Made by a program: the position numbers and the translations under genes
Notes under the pieces: model-generated
Told to the model about the DNA's origin: nothing
The model's database searches: none
What the model saw: the letters and a program-made list of their open reading frames with translations, nothing else
DNA from: Takakia lepidozioides
Lineage: Eukaryota; Plantae; Bryophyta
Length of the DNA: 64,000 nucleotides
Reading direction: 5' to 3'
NCBI GenBank assembly: GCA_030704615.1
Contig: CM060734.1
Location: forward strand, 42,532,001 to 42,596,000
Shown: positions 1 through 11,815 of the stretch, in pieces
Numbering within the stretch: the stretch's first letter is position 1
Layout of the letters: each line of letters begins with the position of its first letter

Positions 1-2961
1 TCGTGCCTGCAGAACCAGAACTAGGTGGTTGTCGCCTCCGCAAACTTTGCATGGACAAATCTTCCTGTAAAAGTAGGAGCAGGGACAGCCCCATCTGGAT
101 TCCTCCTTATCATCTCTAAACAACGTTGTTGTGTATCCACACGAATTGCGGAACACCTTCCTCGAAACGACGGCTTTGAGCGAGCAATTCTCCACTGTGA
201 GGTAGACACAGCCGTCTCCACAATGGCTTGGCCATACTGCATAACAGCGGGCGGAATCTGGGGCAAGGGAGCGGTGGGAATTTTTTGCACGAAATCCCCG
301 GTTGAAGGCGACGGCGATCTGGAATTTCTTGGGCTTCCACTGCTGGAAGACACATTGTGCGGCAACATGACGGGACCTCGAGGTGCTGTCCGAATGTTCC
401 TGTTGGATCTCCAGGAATCCTCTTCGCACCCGGGTTCCTCTTCAATCCTCCGCCTGATAGGGCGAGTCCGGACGTCCCCCTCTAGGTGTTCACCTCTGCG
501 GTGCAGAGGCGTCCCTTTGATCTTCTCTCGCAATGCTGTCGCCCATTTCACTGGATTCTTGGACCTCGAAGCTGTTCGTACCAACAATTCCTCCCTGTCC
601 GGCCCAAAGCCCCATTGTTTGCCGCTCAGGAACTTGTAGTACGTGGCTTGCTGTATGATTGCTCTGTCGATGTCCTCCGTTGTGGCCGTCACTACGTCCA
701 CCAGATGTGCGGCAGAAGACGCTCGCCAGGAGGAGTGGACCGATTCTGCCATATTCGTGTTCGGCATGTCCGTGTCGGAATCCAAGCACCGCTCCTAGAA
801 GGACACAAACAATGGTGAGGGACCAATCGAAATGTCCGTAACAGAAAGACAAATGAACGAAATTGACAGCAGCCTACCTCCCGCATGTACTGTCCGAACT
901 GTCGATACCGAAAATGCCACCACCCCAACCAGCTGTGCAATGCTCCCAGATTGGTTGTCTCCACTGCACCTGACGTGTTCCACCAAGCCTCGATGATAGA
1001 AAACTTAACCTCCGCGTCATCAAATGTGGGTGCATCCTTCCACGCCGTACAAAGGACACGGTGTTCAGCCTGGAATGAGCTAGCAACAACTTTGGTAGTG
1101 TAGTGGGATAGACTCTGCATCCAATGGAATCCACAGGATCTCTCTTTCCCCTCCATTGGAACATTGGGGTCCTCACCGTACACACGCCGCACCGCTGCCC
1201 AGTTGGCCTGAGCGTTGTCTGCCATGAATCCCCTGAAATTGGGCTCTGGCAATCCCGCCCTTGCCATCTGCTCGTTTATGCCCTCCCACAGATGCATCTC
1301 GGACTATGTGTCCTCCCCTTTCATCTCGCAGATTGCAATCGTCATGAGCCTCTTGGAGTGATAGTCATAAACATGCGCACCCATAGTCACCCACTGATGG
1401 TTTGTAATTCGCTTGATGTGATCAAACATCACCCAAGCATTCGACAAGTTTCCAGTTGTCATGCGAGTGACCAAGTCGACTCCACTCCCAGGCCCACACG
1501 TTGACATTTTGAAAATGTAACAACGATCGGATTCGCTGCCTTGCCCTGGAAACCTACTACCTTGGATGTAGTCATATCCAGTCATTCATTTCACCTCCAG
1601 GATTGAGTACATGTCCGACCCCCTGCCGAACTCTTGCTTGCAAGATACGATGTGATTCCGCACATTCGGACTACAAACGTGCGAGACGGACTCCAAGAGG
1701 TCACGCATCTCGTCTTCGGTCAAGGGCTCTCGGTCGGAACCATCTTCAGACATGATTTTGCCAAGAGCAATCTTGTGGGCTGCCTTCAGCTGAATCTGCT
1801 TTGGTCTGGCTCCGGGGCTCAATTTCACCTCCTCTTTTATGATGTCGTGTGCTTCCTGCACAGCCTCACGCATGTTGCCTCTCGCCAAGGGGTGGCAGTG
1901 GACCCCAACGTGTATGCAAGCTCTAGTCAAGTCCGGGAGCAAATGGATTACGTAATATTGCTTGGCTCTGCACATGGACATGCACGTCGGTGGTTCTTTG
2001 CAATGTGCACACTTGAAAGAACCCGCAGGAGCTTGGCTGGAGACAATGAATGGATGATGCGTTGTGCCAGTCCAATCCGTCTCGTTTCTCCCCCTCCTTT
2101 GGAGAGAAAGTGGAAGCAGGTGGGATTGAGGCACCTCAGCTTCCCCGCACAGAGGACATATCGTACACGAACACCATCAGCAGTGCTAATTTTCGTCACA
2201 CACCAGGGGTGTCCGTCATGCTTTCGATCCATGTCTGTTAACATCCCGGAGGCTTTGTTTGACGAAGAAACAGGTGGAAACTCGAAGATGACATTGCCAT
2301 CGACTTCGGGAGGCAGAAACGTTACCTTTCTGACTGGAAATTTGGCATAGTCGAGAGCAGCCAGCTCGGAGCGAGAACCATCGAGGTGATGTTGTCGTAG
2401 GAGCTGCACAATGGACCGGGTTGGAGTTATGCTCGAGGGCACATGCGTAGCACCGACAGAGACGTCCATGCCGGATTTGAACGACCGTGTGGAGGACATG
2501 GGTACCTCAATGCAATCATCTTCCTCGTCGGAAATGTCGAATACGTCCACACGAGAAGCTATGGAGGGTCTTGACGGTCCAGGTCGGGAATGATTATCGT
2601 TGCATACCTCTCTGTTGGCAGTGGCCGCCTCTCGGTTTCCGGACTCCTTTGTGGATGGTGTGGGCAGCGACTGATTCGGAAAGGGAATGGGCATTCCCAC
2701 AGCTCGGTACAGGATGGTGTCTGATGGGGGAACGTGCCATTCGATTCCGCAACCTCCGTCGTTACCTAGCACGACAATGGTCTCGTCAACCTGTCCAGGA
2801 ACATCCTTCCTTTCTTCTTCCAAATAAACTGTGCCCGGTTTGAGCTTGAATTTGGAACAAAGGTAAGTTTCAGTCACTCTGCAAAGTCCTCCCTCGTTTG
2901 GGATCCAGGCTCTCCCAAGTTGCGGAGGACAGCAAACTATAGCGTAGGAATTCGGAGCCAT
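1..2961 (-). pseudogene. MULE/Mutator-superfamily DDE transposase with N-terminal WRKY/GCM1-like Zn domain, disrupted
   Basis: Joined from ORFs 1948-3165, 1586-2134, 1304-1585, 692-1297 and 21-785. D1 is in WVMFDHIK (1421-1423), D2 in FMADNAQAN (1217-1219), the CxxH motif is CGFHW (1124-1135), and E is in TNMAESVHS (744-746). The Zn module reads YVLCAGKLRCLNPTC...CAHC...CRAKQYYVIH...CIHVGVHCHP. A GT-AG intron at 877-795 joins YMRE to ERCLDSD in frame. There is a frameshift in a G-run at ~2090 and stops at 1586-1588, 1304-1306 and 21-23. Confidence 0.85.
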
Positions 2962-3372
2962 CGAACACCGCACGGAGTTGGCAAGTGCGAGGTTCAGTAT
3001 AGCGACAGACCAAGGCTCACAGGCACCATGCGGAGTCCATCGACGATTGGAAGTCGCACATTGAAGTGGAAAGTATTGTTTCAAGCTACATGCATGAAGG
3101 TGGGAGGTTTGATTCCATAGCCAGTAAGTATGACAATGATGGCCGATTCGGCGACGAAATAACATCTCCTGACAGTTTCTCCTGAGGGTGGATCCAGCAG
3201 TATTCTCGGTGCAGACAGGAACGTTCGCACTGACAAGTGCCAGGACTGTTAGTTAAAACGGTCAGACAACCAAGTTGTGCTCATCAAGACTGGCCGCAAT
3301 TTGTTTCGGAACAATGCAACCCATTGAGGTTCCAGATTTCCCGTCCCGAGTGATTCTTTCGATTGCTGGTGG

Positions 3373-4565
3373 ACGGAAATACGGCGCCGCATTTCCGTAT
3401 TGCTTCTTGGTCATGCACCAGAGCGACGGAAATGCGGCACCGAGTTTCCGTCCGGGGGAAACCTTTATACTCTCCAGAACGGAAATGCGGTAACGCATTT
3501 CCATCCAGCAAGCACGGTATGTGAAGGTGGAACGGAAATGCGGTACCGCATTTCCGTTCTGATTGAGAATTATGAACAACGGGAACAGAAATGCGGCACC
3601 GCATTTCCGTCCGAGTCGCACTTTTCCGACATTCCAGAACGGAAATGCGGCGCCGCATTTCCATTTTGTATCTGATGCATGGAGCTGAGGGATAGAAATG
3701 CTGCAGCACATTTCCGTCCTTAAAAGACATTCATACTCTCCATAACGGAAATGCGGTACCGCATTTCCGTTCTGATTGAGAATTATGAACAACGGGAACA
3801 GAAATGCGGCACGCCGCATTTCCGTTTTGTATGTGAGGCATGGAGCTGTGGAACGAAAATGCGGCACAACATTTCCGCCAGCGTCAGACGTTAATACTCT
3901 ACAGAACGGAAATGCGGTACCGCATTTCCGTTCTGACTGAAAATCGTGCGCAACGGGAACAGAAATGCGGCACCGCATTTCCGTCCGAGTCGCACCTTCC
4001 GACATTCTAGAACGGAAATGCGGCGCCGCATTTCCGTTTTGTATATGGGGCCTGGAGCTGTGGTACGGAAATGTGGTGCCGCATTTCCATCCATGTGAGA
4101 CCTTCAAACTTTCCAGACCGGAAATGCGGCACCGCATTTCTGTCCAGGTGAGACCTCTATACTTTCCCGAACGGAAATGTGGCACGGCATTTCCGTTCAT
4201 CAACTAACGTATGTGAAGGGGGAACGGAAATGCGGTACCGCATTTCCGTTCACATTGAAAATCATGAACCACGGGAACTGAAATGTTGTGCCTCATTTCC
4301 GTCCGAATCGCACCTTTCGACATTCCAGAACGGAAATGCGGCGCCGCATTTCCCTTTTGTATCTCATACATGGAGCTGTGGGACGGAAATGCGGCACCGT
4401 ATTTCCGTTCAACAACTAAGGTATGTGAAGGTGGAACGGAAATGCGGTGCCGCATTTTCTTCCAACAAGTACGGATGTGTAGCTTCGTGATGGTACTTAA
4501 CGGAAATGCGGCGCCGCATTCGCATTTTCACTCCAACTCATCAGACGCTGGGACGGAAATGCCTT
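3373..4565. repeat. Phased array of 22-bp palindrome GGAAATGCGG-YR-CCGCATTTCC (about 22 full copies, 53-bp period, recurring spacer classes)
   Basis: Core starts: 3375, 3428, 3481, 3534, 3587, 3641, 3694, 3747, 3800, 3855, 3908, 3961, 4014, 4067, 4120, 4173, 4226, 4279, 4332, 4385, 4438, 4502, and a half copy at 4555. Confidence 0.97.
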
Positions 4566-4958
4566 GAAATGTGAACACGTGGAGCAACGGAATTGCTGCA
4601 CATGTCGGCACTCTATCTGACTGAAGGGGCATGAGGCGGCGCGGCCTGACCGTTGGATAATGATGTTTGTTTTTCGGACGGCAGGCGTACCCTGAACGAT
4701 TCGAATTTCGTAATGACGCAAACTCCACGAGGAGACACTTTCGTCCAACCCTTTCGAACCCAAGTGGTGCATCACCGCCGTTTCATCTACTTTTGTCGTG
4801 TCTCCTCAGTCACCCTCTCGCGCCCTTTCCATCTGCACTCTTTGCCCCTTTTCCCTCTCTCTGTTCTTCTTATGCTCGAACCTGAGAGGGGGGGAGTTCG
4901 TGCACCAGACAGGAGACCTCGTCGCAAGCTCCGGAAATTATACTTCGGACGTAGGCCA

Positions 4959-7900
4959 ATGCCGAAGGGGAGGAAGCAGATGCGTCTACAGGAGGAGATT
5001 GCCATCTCCGAGCAGCAGGCCACTCAGGCAACCCAGCCACCAGTGAGAGCTCCATGCGATCGGGCTGCGCGCAGCTGATCGAGCACCGAACCCCCCATTT
5101 TGCTTCTGTAATTCTTAGACTGAATGCTAGGAGACTTGAATGCAGAACATGTTTGCATGCCTAACAGGAAAGGTGGACGTGCTGGAGGGATCGCAGGAAT
5201 CCGAAGAGCCGCAGGAAGAGTCCGAGGAGCTAGCTGCAGCACGTACACCCACCCGATCCCCGAGCGCGGGTATTCCTGCCGGGCCTAGCCCTGTGCGATT
5301 CAAAGACGCGGCTTCGAAGGGCAAGTTCAAAGCCCCAGAGATCGACTCGCGTTCTTCGGTCATGGAGAATCGCCAGCAGGGGTCGGGCCCTTCTCCAGCA
5401 AAGTCGAAGAAGAAGCAGCCCGTCCCTCTACTGGCTTCTGAACCGGCTCAGGCCGATTCACCCCCCCCAACGCGAATGAAGCAGCAGGGTAAAAGACAGA
5501 TTCAATTGCAGCAGACACCTTCACCTGCAAGGATGAGGAAGCAGAAGGCAATCAGGGCGACGGCCGAACAATCTCCCGCAAAACCGCTTCCACGAGCTGA
5601 AGCTCAGTTCCTGGAGGATTTCCCGCCTGCAGATGTTGGGGCCGACTCTGCTGCAGCGAAGGCAATGGGATCGACCGTTGATCTCGATTTGGTACCGGAG
5701 GAGGGTGCTGCCGCTCAACGTTCGCAGCAAGACCTCACCACCGATGAGCAAGCAGGCCCGGAGGAGGCCTCTGCAATGGCAGAATTGCCCGCAGACAGGC
5801 CCCAGAGTGCAGCTCCAGTTGAGGATGCTCCAGCTGCTCAGCCACTACCGGCACCTACAGACATGTCTCCGGAGGATTTCAAAAGTGCAGCGGATAAAAT
5901 GTTGGAGGAGACACACAGTAGCATTGGCAGAGTTCTGGGCAGCAGGGTATTCCAGCGGACTCTTCGAATCCCACTCTGTCGCATGGTCTCCCTTCCCATC
6001 GTCAGGCAGGCCCTTCCCGGAGATGTGGATAAGCTGAAGTTCGCATTTCGAGAAGGGTACCGTCTGGGATCGGCAGCGTTTTACGTTTCCATTGAGAATG
6101 AGGACGGCGAAACTCGTGGACCCACTGCCGATGAATTGTCAACGTGGGATACCCACTGGCACACTCGCAACGACGAATTCGAGGCGACGCTGAAGGGTGA
6201 TCCAGACTTCGGCCATATGTCGGTAAAATGTTCTTTGTGTGGGACGGGAATCACCGACTTCTCGCCTGGTGGGAGTACATCAAGCAGAACCATGCCAAGC
6301 ACATTGGCTGGCATTACATGGTGGAGTGTGTCATCCTGAAGGTGAAGGCGGCAGACCCCTCCCTGCTCAAGAATGCCATGGCGGACCTCAACTCGTAAGA
6401 TACTCATACCCTCCCTAGCACGTTCGAAATGCGGTGCCGCATTTCGGTTTCCATTCTGGTTTGTTTCCGTGCTTCCGTGTACTGAACTGGAGAGTGTGCC
6501 TTGCAGGGTCACTGAGAATGCGTACGTGCATACCCACATGGCACATATGCTGTACAGGGTGAGGAAAACTGGTCTCACTGATCCGCAGATGTTTGCGGAA
6601 ATGCTGGAGCCCGAGCTCATTCAGAAAGCCGTTGCAAAAACAGACCGGACATGGTATCGTCTCACTATGGATGGAATGGTGGAGGTGATATACGAAGTAA
6701 TTCTGCTCATCCTTCCCCAATTTCCAGTAATCTTTCCACATGAATCGAATGTAACGCTTCTGCATGTTTTTGTTGGCAGTCAAACATCAAGCTGGATTTG
6801 GCCCATGCCAAACGCTTCTTCATGGAAAGTGAGGGGCAGGTCAAAACGTTGCAGTCATTGACTGAGCACTTGAAGGAAGCCGGTGTCAAGTCCAGAACCA
6901 AATACAAGTCAAAGCTTGTGAAGCTGGTGGCAATTGCAGATCCGGCACTTGGAAAGGACTTCATCCCCGAGATTGCAAAACACTATTCTCGGGCCATGCA
7001 GCCGACCATGCAATTGGAGAAACTGCATCACCTCTCAACGGCATGTGTGGAGGCGAAAGAGAAGGTGAGGTTTCAATGCACTGAAGTTCCTTCCTAGCAA
7101 TAGCCACTCTCTTCCAGCTCCTGACATTGGATCGGAAATGGCAGACACGGTGGCTGTCGATCTGGAATGCATCCGAGAGCATAAGGACAATGTGGTCTTT
7201 TCCACTCGAAGTTTCCGACCCTGCAGTGGATGTGTGGCTCAACCGTATGACTTGGTGGTTCCAGGTAATTCAAGGTACTTCCCCAGATTTGCTTTTCTGA
7301 AATGAATTCCCTGAACTGCTACGTGACAATGCATTTGGGAATCGCAGGTAATGTCGAATGCGAAGGAGCAAGTCGTAATGCACACAAATTCGTTCGGCTT
7401 GTACGTCAAATGGGATGGAACACAGACATTGGAAGACTACGTGACACGTTTCAGATGTGCGTACAAGGACAACCTTTTCGCCAGAGAGCTACAGACAGCA
7501 AGAAGGAGCGTGGAGTTTACACATCAGGAGGGAGCGGGGAAAGCTGCAATGCAATTGTTTACAGGTGAAGCACAGCTGCCCTTGTATGCGAAGCCTGGTT
7601 ACGAGGTTTGTCTCGGAAATGCGGCACCGCATTCGCATTTTATGTTTTCGGTGGCACTCTGCGAGTAGGTTGGTCTCAACTTTTGCTCACGCATGCTGAC
7701 TGCCTTGCAGGTATATGAAATACGTGCTCCTTCAGACAGGGGCCCTGGCTCAAGAGCCCCCGTTCTTCATGGCTTGGACCGTGGCGGGCCCAAGCTGTGT
7801 CTACACACCCGAGATGCAGAAACAATGGCATCCCGCGCATCTCGTTGGATGCCCGTGGTACCTGGACATGTCTGGCGGTATTGTTGACGAGTCTGAGAAA

Positions 7901-10062
7901 GATCTGCACGCCTTGGCAGAAGAGAAGAGAAAGGAAAGACGTGTCCCTGCTGGGCCAAAGTCGGCAAAGGAATCTGCTGCTCTGGAAGAATCCAGAAAGG
8001 CAGCTGAGATGGCACAAAAGACGGTGGATGCAGCTGTGCAGGCCCAACAGAAGGGGTCGAAGAAGAGGACTCGCCAGCAAGGAGCAGCTGTTGTGACACC
8101 CGCCAAAACGAAGAAGCAGAAACAGCATGTTCAGGAAGAACGTGAGGAAGAGGACTCCGATGGAGACTTTGCAACCAGCCCACCCCCCCAAACGCAGGCT
8201 GCCTCCCCTGTGCCCACCGTTGTCACGAGAGGCACGAGAATTGGCTCGGCAAAGAAGGCACTCTTCAACCCCCCAGGGGGGCACCCTTTCGAGCCGGTGG
8301 AAATGAAGAGGCCGAAAGTGGCTCCCGAAACAGTAGTCCAGTGTGTAAATGAGAGTTTCTTGGCGGCTTTGGATGGACGGGCAGCCAAGTTGGCATACAT
8401 GAAGACCATGGAGGGTCTGAAGGGCAGAGCACTGAAGAAGGCGACTGCCGAAGAGCCTTCCGACACCCCAGGATTTCAGAATATGGTCTCGTTCTTTGAG
8501 AGGGTGTGTGCAGACAAGGATTGTAGGAGGGGCGGAAATGCCACCGAGTGGTCTTGCGATATGATCATCTTGGATATTCCGGACGGAGAGCTTGTGGAAG
8601 GACTGCAAGCTTTGCCATCTTGGAACAGGTACTCGGAGGACTTTTGGAAGAAAGGATTCGGGCTTGCCCGCATGGTGTTGGACGACAGAGGCTGTGTGGT
8701 TGTCCTGGCGAGTAGAGGAAAAAACACTCAGACAGGAATTGCGAAGTGGACCCGCAAGAGCGCCGTCCCGATTCTGAAAAAGAAGTGGACGTGCATCAAC
8801 ACACTGGGCCTTCGGTCGGAAGGGAAGAAGGTGATTACGACACTGGCACTCGTCCATTCATTTGCTTGGGTGTTTTCAAATGCGGTGCCGCATTCGGTTT
8901 CTAATCGTTCCCCCCTGTGTATGCAGACGAAGCAGTTCGATGCATACTGCTTTGTGAAGGAGAACTCCACCTTTGCTTTCCGGAAGGAGGGAGGAAAGGT
9001 TGACCCGAACTGCGACCCCCTCGATTACGACGTTCTGTTCAACAACGTTCCCAAGGAACTTCTCCCTCATAGCCTCACTTCAACGGAACCCCTGCGGTAC
9101 TCACAGACTCGGAGCCCTGCCTTCATTCAGACAATTATGGAGACATGCACAGACGTGGAGGGCACAATGCTCGACCTCATCTGTGGGACAGGGATGCAGA
9201 ATCTTGATCTATGCTGTTCTGCAAATTCTCGTTAGGATGTAGTTCGCAACGTCTGAAGCGCCATGTAGTAATGTGAGGATGGCATTGTAACAGGTGCCTC
9301 AATGTGGGCTGGGCGGTTTTCCGACCGGCACCTCTTTGCCTACGAGGAGGATTCATCCGTGTGGGGATCCCATCTGGAAGGGCTGCAACGGAATGTTAAG
9401 TCTCCCGACAGAGCGGAAGTCTCCTCGGATTCGTCGGAGTCCGAGGAAGACACAGTGGACATTGATGCGGAGGAGAACCCGGAATACGAGTGAGTGCAAA
9501 CATTGTAAGTTTGCAAAGCCTTCTGGGTCATTTTTGTCAACGAATTTCCCGACTGTGGTTCTCATTAGTCTCGTTGATGATTGTCATGTGCAGGATTGCA
9601 GGGTCCGGGTCAAAACATGTAGGGCCTACACTTCCTGCCAGGAAGAATGTCCCGTTCTTTGCGAGGGCCGACTTCATGACGAGCCCGGTGAGGGACTACT
9701 CCCTTCCTAGTTATGCAGCTAAACTCGCAAATACAGCGATTAGAAGAAGTGAGAATCCCAGTAAAGTAGAGCAGATTTTGGAGAAGGCTAGGGAGGACAG
9801 AAGGATAAGGAAAGAGTTGGCAGCAGCTCAGACAGGTAGACGGGTACGAAAGTACATATGTGATTCAGCGGATGAGAGCGACGCAGACAGGGAGGAAGAC
9901 GACCCAACGGAGGTGAGATGGATAGTTCCGCAAGGGGAAGATGGGATTTTCGAAAGCCTGGCCAACGAGCAGTCCGCTGGAGATGAGAAAGGCACTGAGA
10001 AGGTGGAGGCGGAGCAGGACAGTCTAGAACAGGATGAGGATTCGGATGATTTTCAATATTAA
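4959..10062 (+). pseudogene. Multi-exon ParB/Srx-like domain plus beta-class (N6_N4) DNA amino-methyltransferase fusion, lightly disrupted
   Basis: ParB-like segment LRIPLCRMVSLPIVRQALPGDVDKLKFAF...KMFFVWDGNHRLLAWWEYI (DGNHR at 6243-6257, after a 1-bp frameshift at ~6221). Motif IV-like DMIILDIPDG (8558-8587) precedes RSPAFIQTIMETCT and motif I MLDLICGTG-ASMWAGRFSDRHLFAYEED (9167-9191 joined to 9294 onward), which is the beta order. Phase-compatible GT-AG introns: 6395-6506, 6697-6779, ~7064-7144, ~7265-7347, 8831-8926 and 9490-9593. The intron at ~7605-7710 needs a frame correction, and the donor at 9192 reads GG instead of GT. Confidence 0.75.
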
Positions 10063-10150
10063 TAGAATTTAATTCTGCCCGACATTCGTGACCCCTCTCC
10101 AGTGTGCATTCCAGCCACACAATCGCCCAAACCACGACGCTCCCAAAATC

Positions 10151-11048
10151 AGAAATGGGGCACCGCATTTCCAAAATTTTGGCAACTCTAAGAACCTCTT
10201 TTGGAAATGCGGCACTGCATTTCCAAAACAGGGGAGGGACTAAATTTTCCATTTCAATGTTGGCATAGTAAAAAGTAATCGGCCGATTGGAAATGTGGTG
10301 CCGCATTTCCAAAATTTCCTTTGTCCACACGCCAGTTTTGGCCTCTCCCGCTCATTGCACGGATGCCACCACGCTTACAGAGGTCGAACAAGGAGGTCGA
10401 ACAAGGAGGTCGAGATGGCGGAATTGAAAATGCGGTGCCGCATTTCCATATTGGGGATGGTCGTTGTTCGAACTGCAGGCCCATCAGCAAAAATTGGCAC
10501 CGCATTCCATTGTAAAAAAAAAGTCGATGACGGACATGGAAATGCGGCGCCGCATTTCCAGAACGGACATCGCAATTTGTCCATTTGCAGACCCTCTCAC
10601 GGAAATGCGGTAACGCATTCCATCGCGCTGGTCGGAAATGTCACTTTTCGAAGTGTTGGACGGAAATGCGGCACCGCATTCCCTTGTCCAAAAAGAAGTT
10701 TCCATTGCCAAGCTGGAAATGCGTCGCCGCATTTGCAATGCCAACCTCGTTGTCTGTCCAATTTATAGACCCGTGTTGGTATTTCGTGTACCTAGACGGA
10801 AATGATGCACCGCATTTCATTGTCCGACACTGAAATGCGGTTCATACATTTCCATGTCGGCATGGAAATTCGGCACCGCATTTCCTTGTCCCACATGGAA
10901 ATGCGGTGCCGCATTTCGATGCCGACATGGAAATGAGCCACCGCATTTCCTTGTCCCACATGGAAATGCGGTGCCGCATTTCGATGCCGACATGGAAATG
11001 AGCCACCGCATTCCAATGTCCGACATGGAAATGCGGTGCCGCATTTCA
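10151..11048. repeat. Second array of the same palindrome (about 17 copies; distal copies at a 32-33-bp period)
   Basis: Cores at ~10151, 10203, 10289, 10426, 10489, 10538, 10601, 10662, 10715, then 10798, 10831, 10864, 10897, 10929, 10962, 10994 and 11027. Confidence 0.93.
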
Positions 11049-11057
11049 ATGTCCGAC

Positions 11058-11815
11058 ATGGCGTTACTCTGGTATATTCTTGACACATGACTCACATACC
11101 GGTCGGTGGGTACGTGGGACCCAGATGCTCCATTATTGGAGGCCGGACTGCTCTTCCGCTTCACATCATTTCCAAAATCTAAGGGCTTCGTAGCTGTCCG
11201 CAAGGTCATTGTCATCTGCAACCAAGTCGTCCTCAGGTCCTCCTTTGCAAGGATGCCGTGCTTCCGGAACCGGGACGACTGCCCATTTGGAAGCATCGAT
11301 TATGCAATGTATTCGGCCACATCGGGAGACATTGTTATCTGGTACACAGATTACACAGAAGATACTGGTTCGATTGTGGAAACATTGGTGGCTTTTGAGT
11401 ATATCCTAGGCCACTACACCTTCGAGCGGGGTGACGATCTTGGTCTGAGGAGTCCGTGGCTCCTGCGCATCCTCGTTTCCGATTTTCCCAGCTACGACGG
11501 TCACCCATGCAGAAGAAGACGCACTGCTATGCTGTTGCGGTGGAACTGCTGCCACTGGACGTGGGTGGACTCCATCGGAGAGACCTATTCTCCTCAAGGA
11601 GTGCGCTCCTCTTCTCCATTGTATGGGGACATTCGCATTGGTGTGGACGACCAAACGTGAAGATTTCCATATTCGATGGTGGTATGATTGAAGGGCAGAA
11701 CATTGTGGTGAACATCACTAGGGGCGGTACAACGGCTGCAATCGACTTTACATGGAGGAGCCCCATGACTCATGAGCTAGTTCTGAGAGCAGTCGAAGTC
11801 CCATTGACAACGTGA
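11058..11815 (+). pseudogene. Third cargo ORF of the MULE element, unknown function (about 250 aa reconstructed)
   Basis: ATG at 11058 lies right after the array. MALLWYILDT* (TGA 11088-11090) is in frame with ORF 11106-11660, and a frameshift at ~11655 continues into NVKISIFDGG...VPLTT. Confidence 0.45.

Noticed and set aside
3373-4565. CRISPR array (palindromic repeat plus ~31-bp spacers)
   Set aside because: The spacers recur in a higher-order pattern rather than being unique, there are no cas genes, and the context is eukaryotic and intron-containing.
3262-4567. ORFs with repeated GNAAPHFR / KCGTAFP / EMRCRIS peptides (also 9788-11296)
   Set aside because: They are translations of the DNA palindrome in all frames on both strands, not proteins.
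7676-8857. 393-aa minus-strand ORF (and similar antisense ORFs at 25-639 and 1634-2350)
   Set aside because: These are antisense shadows of GC-rich coding exons on the other strand.
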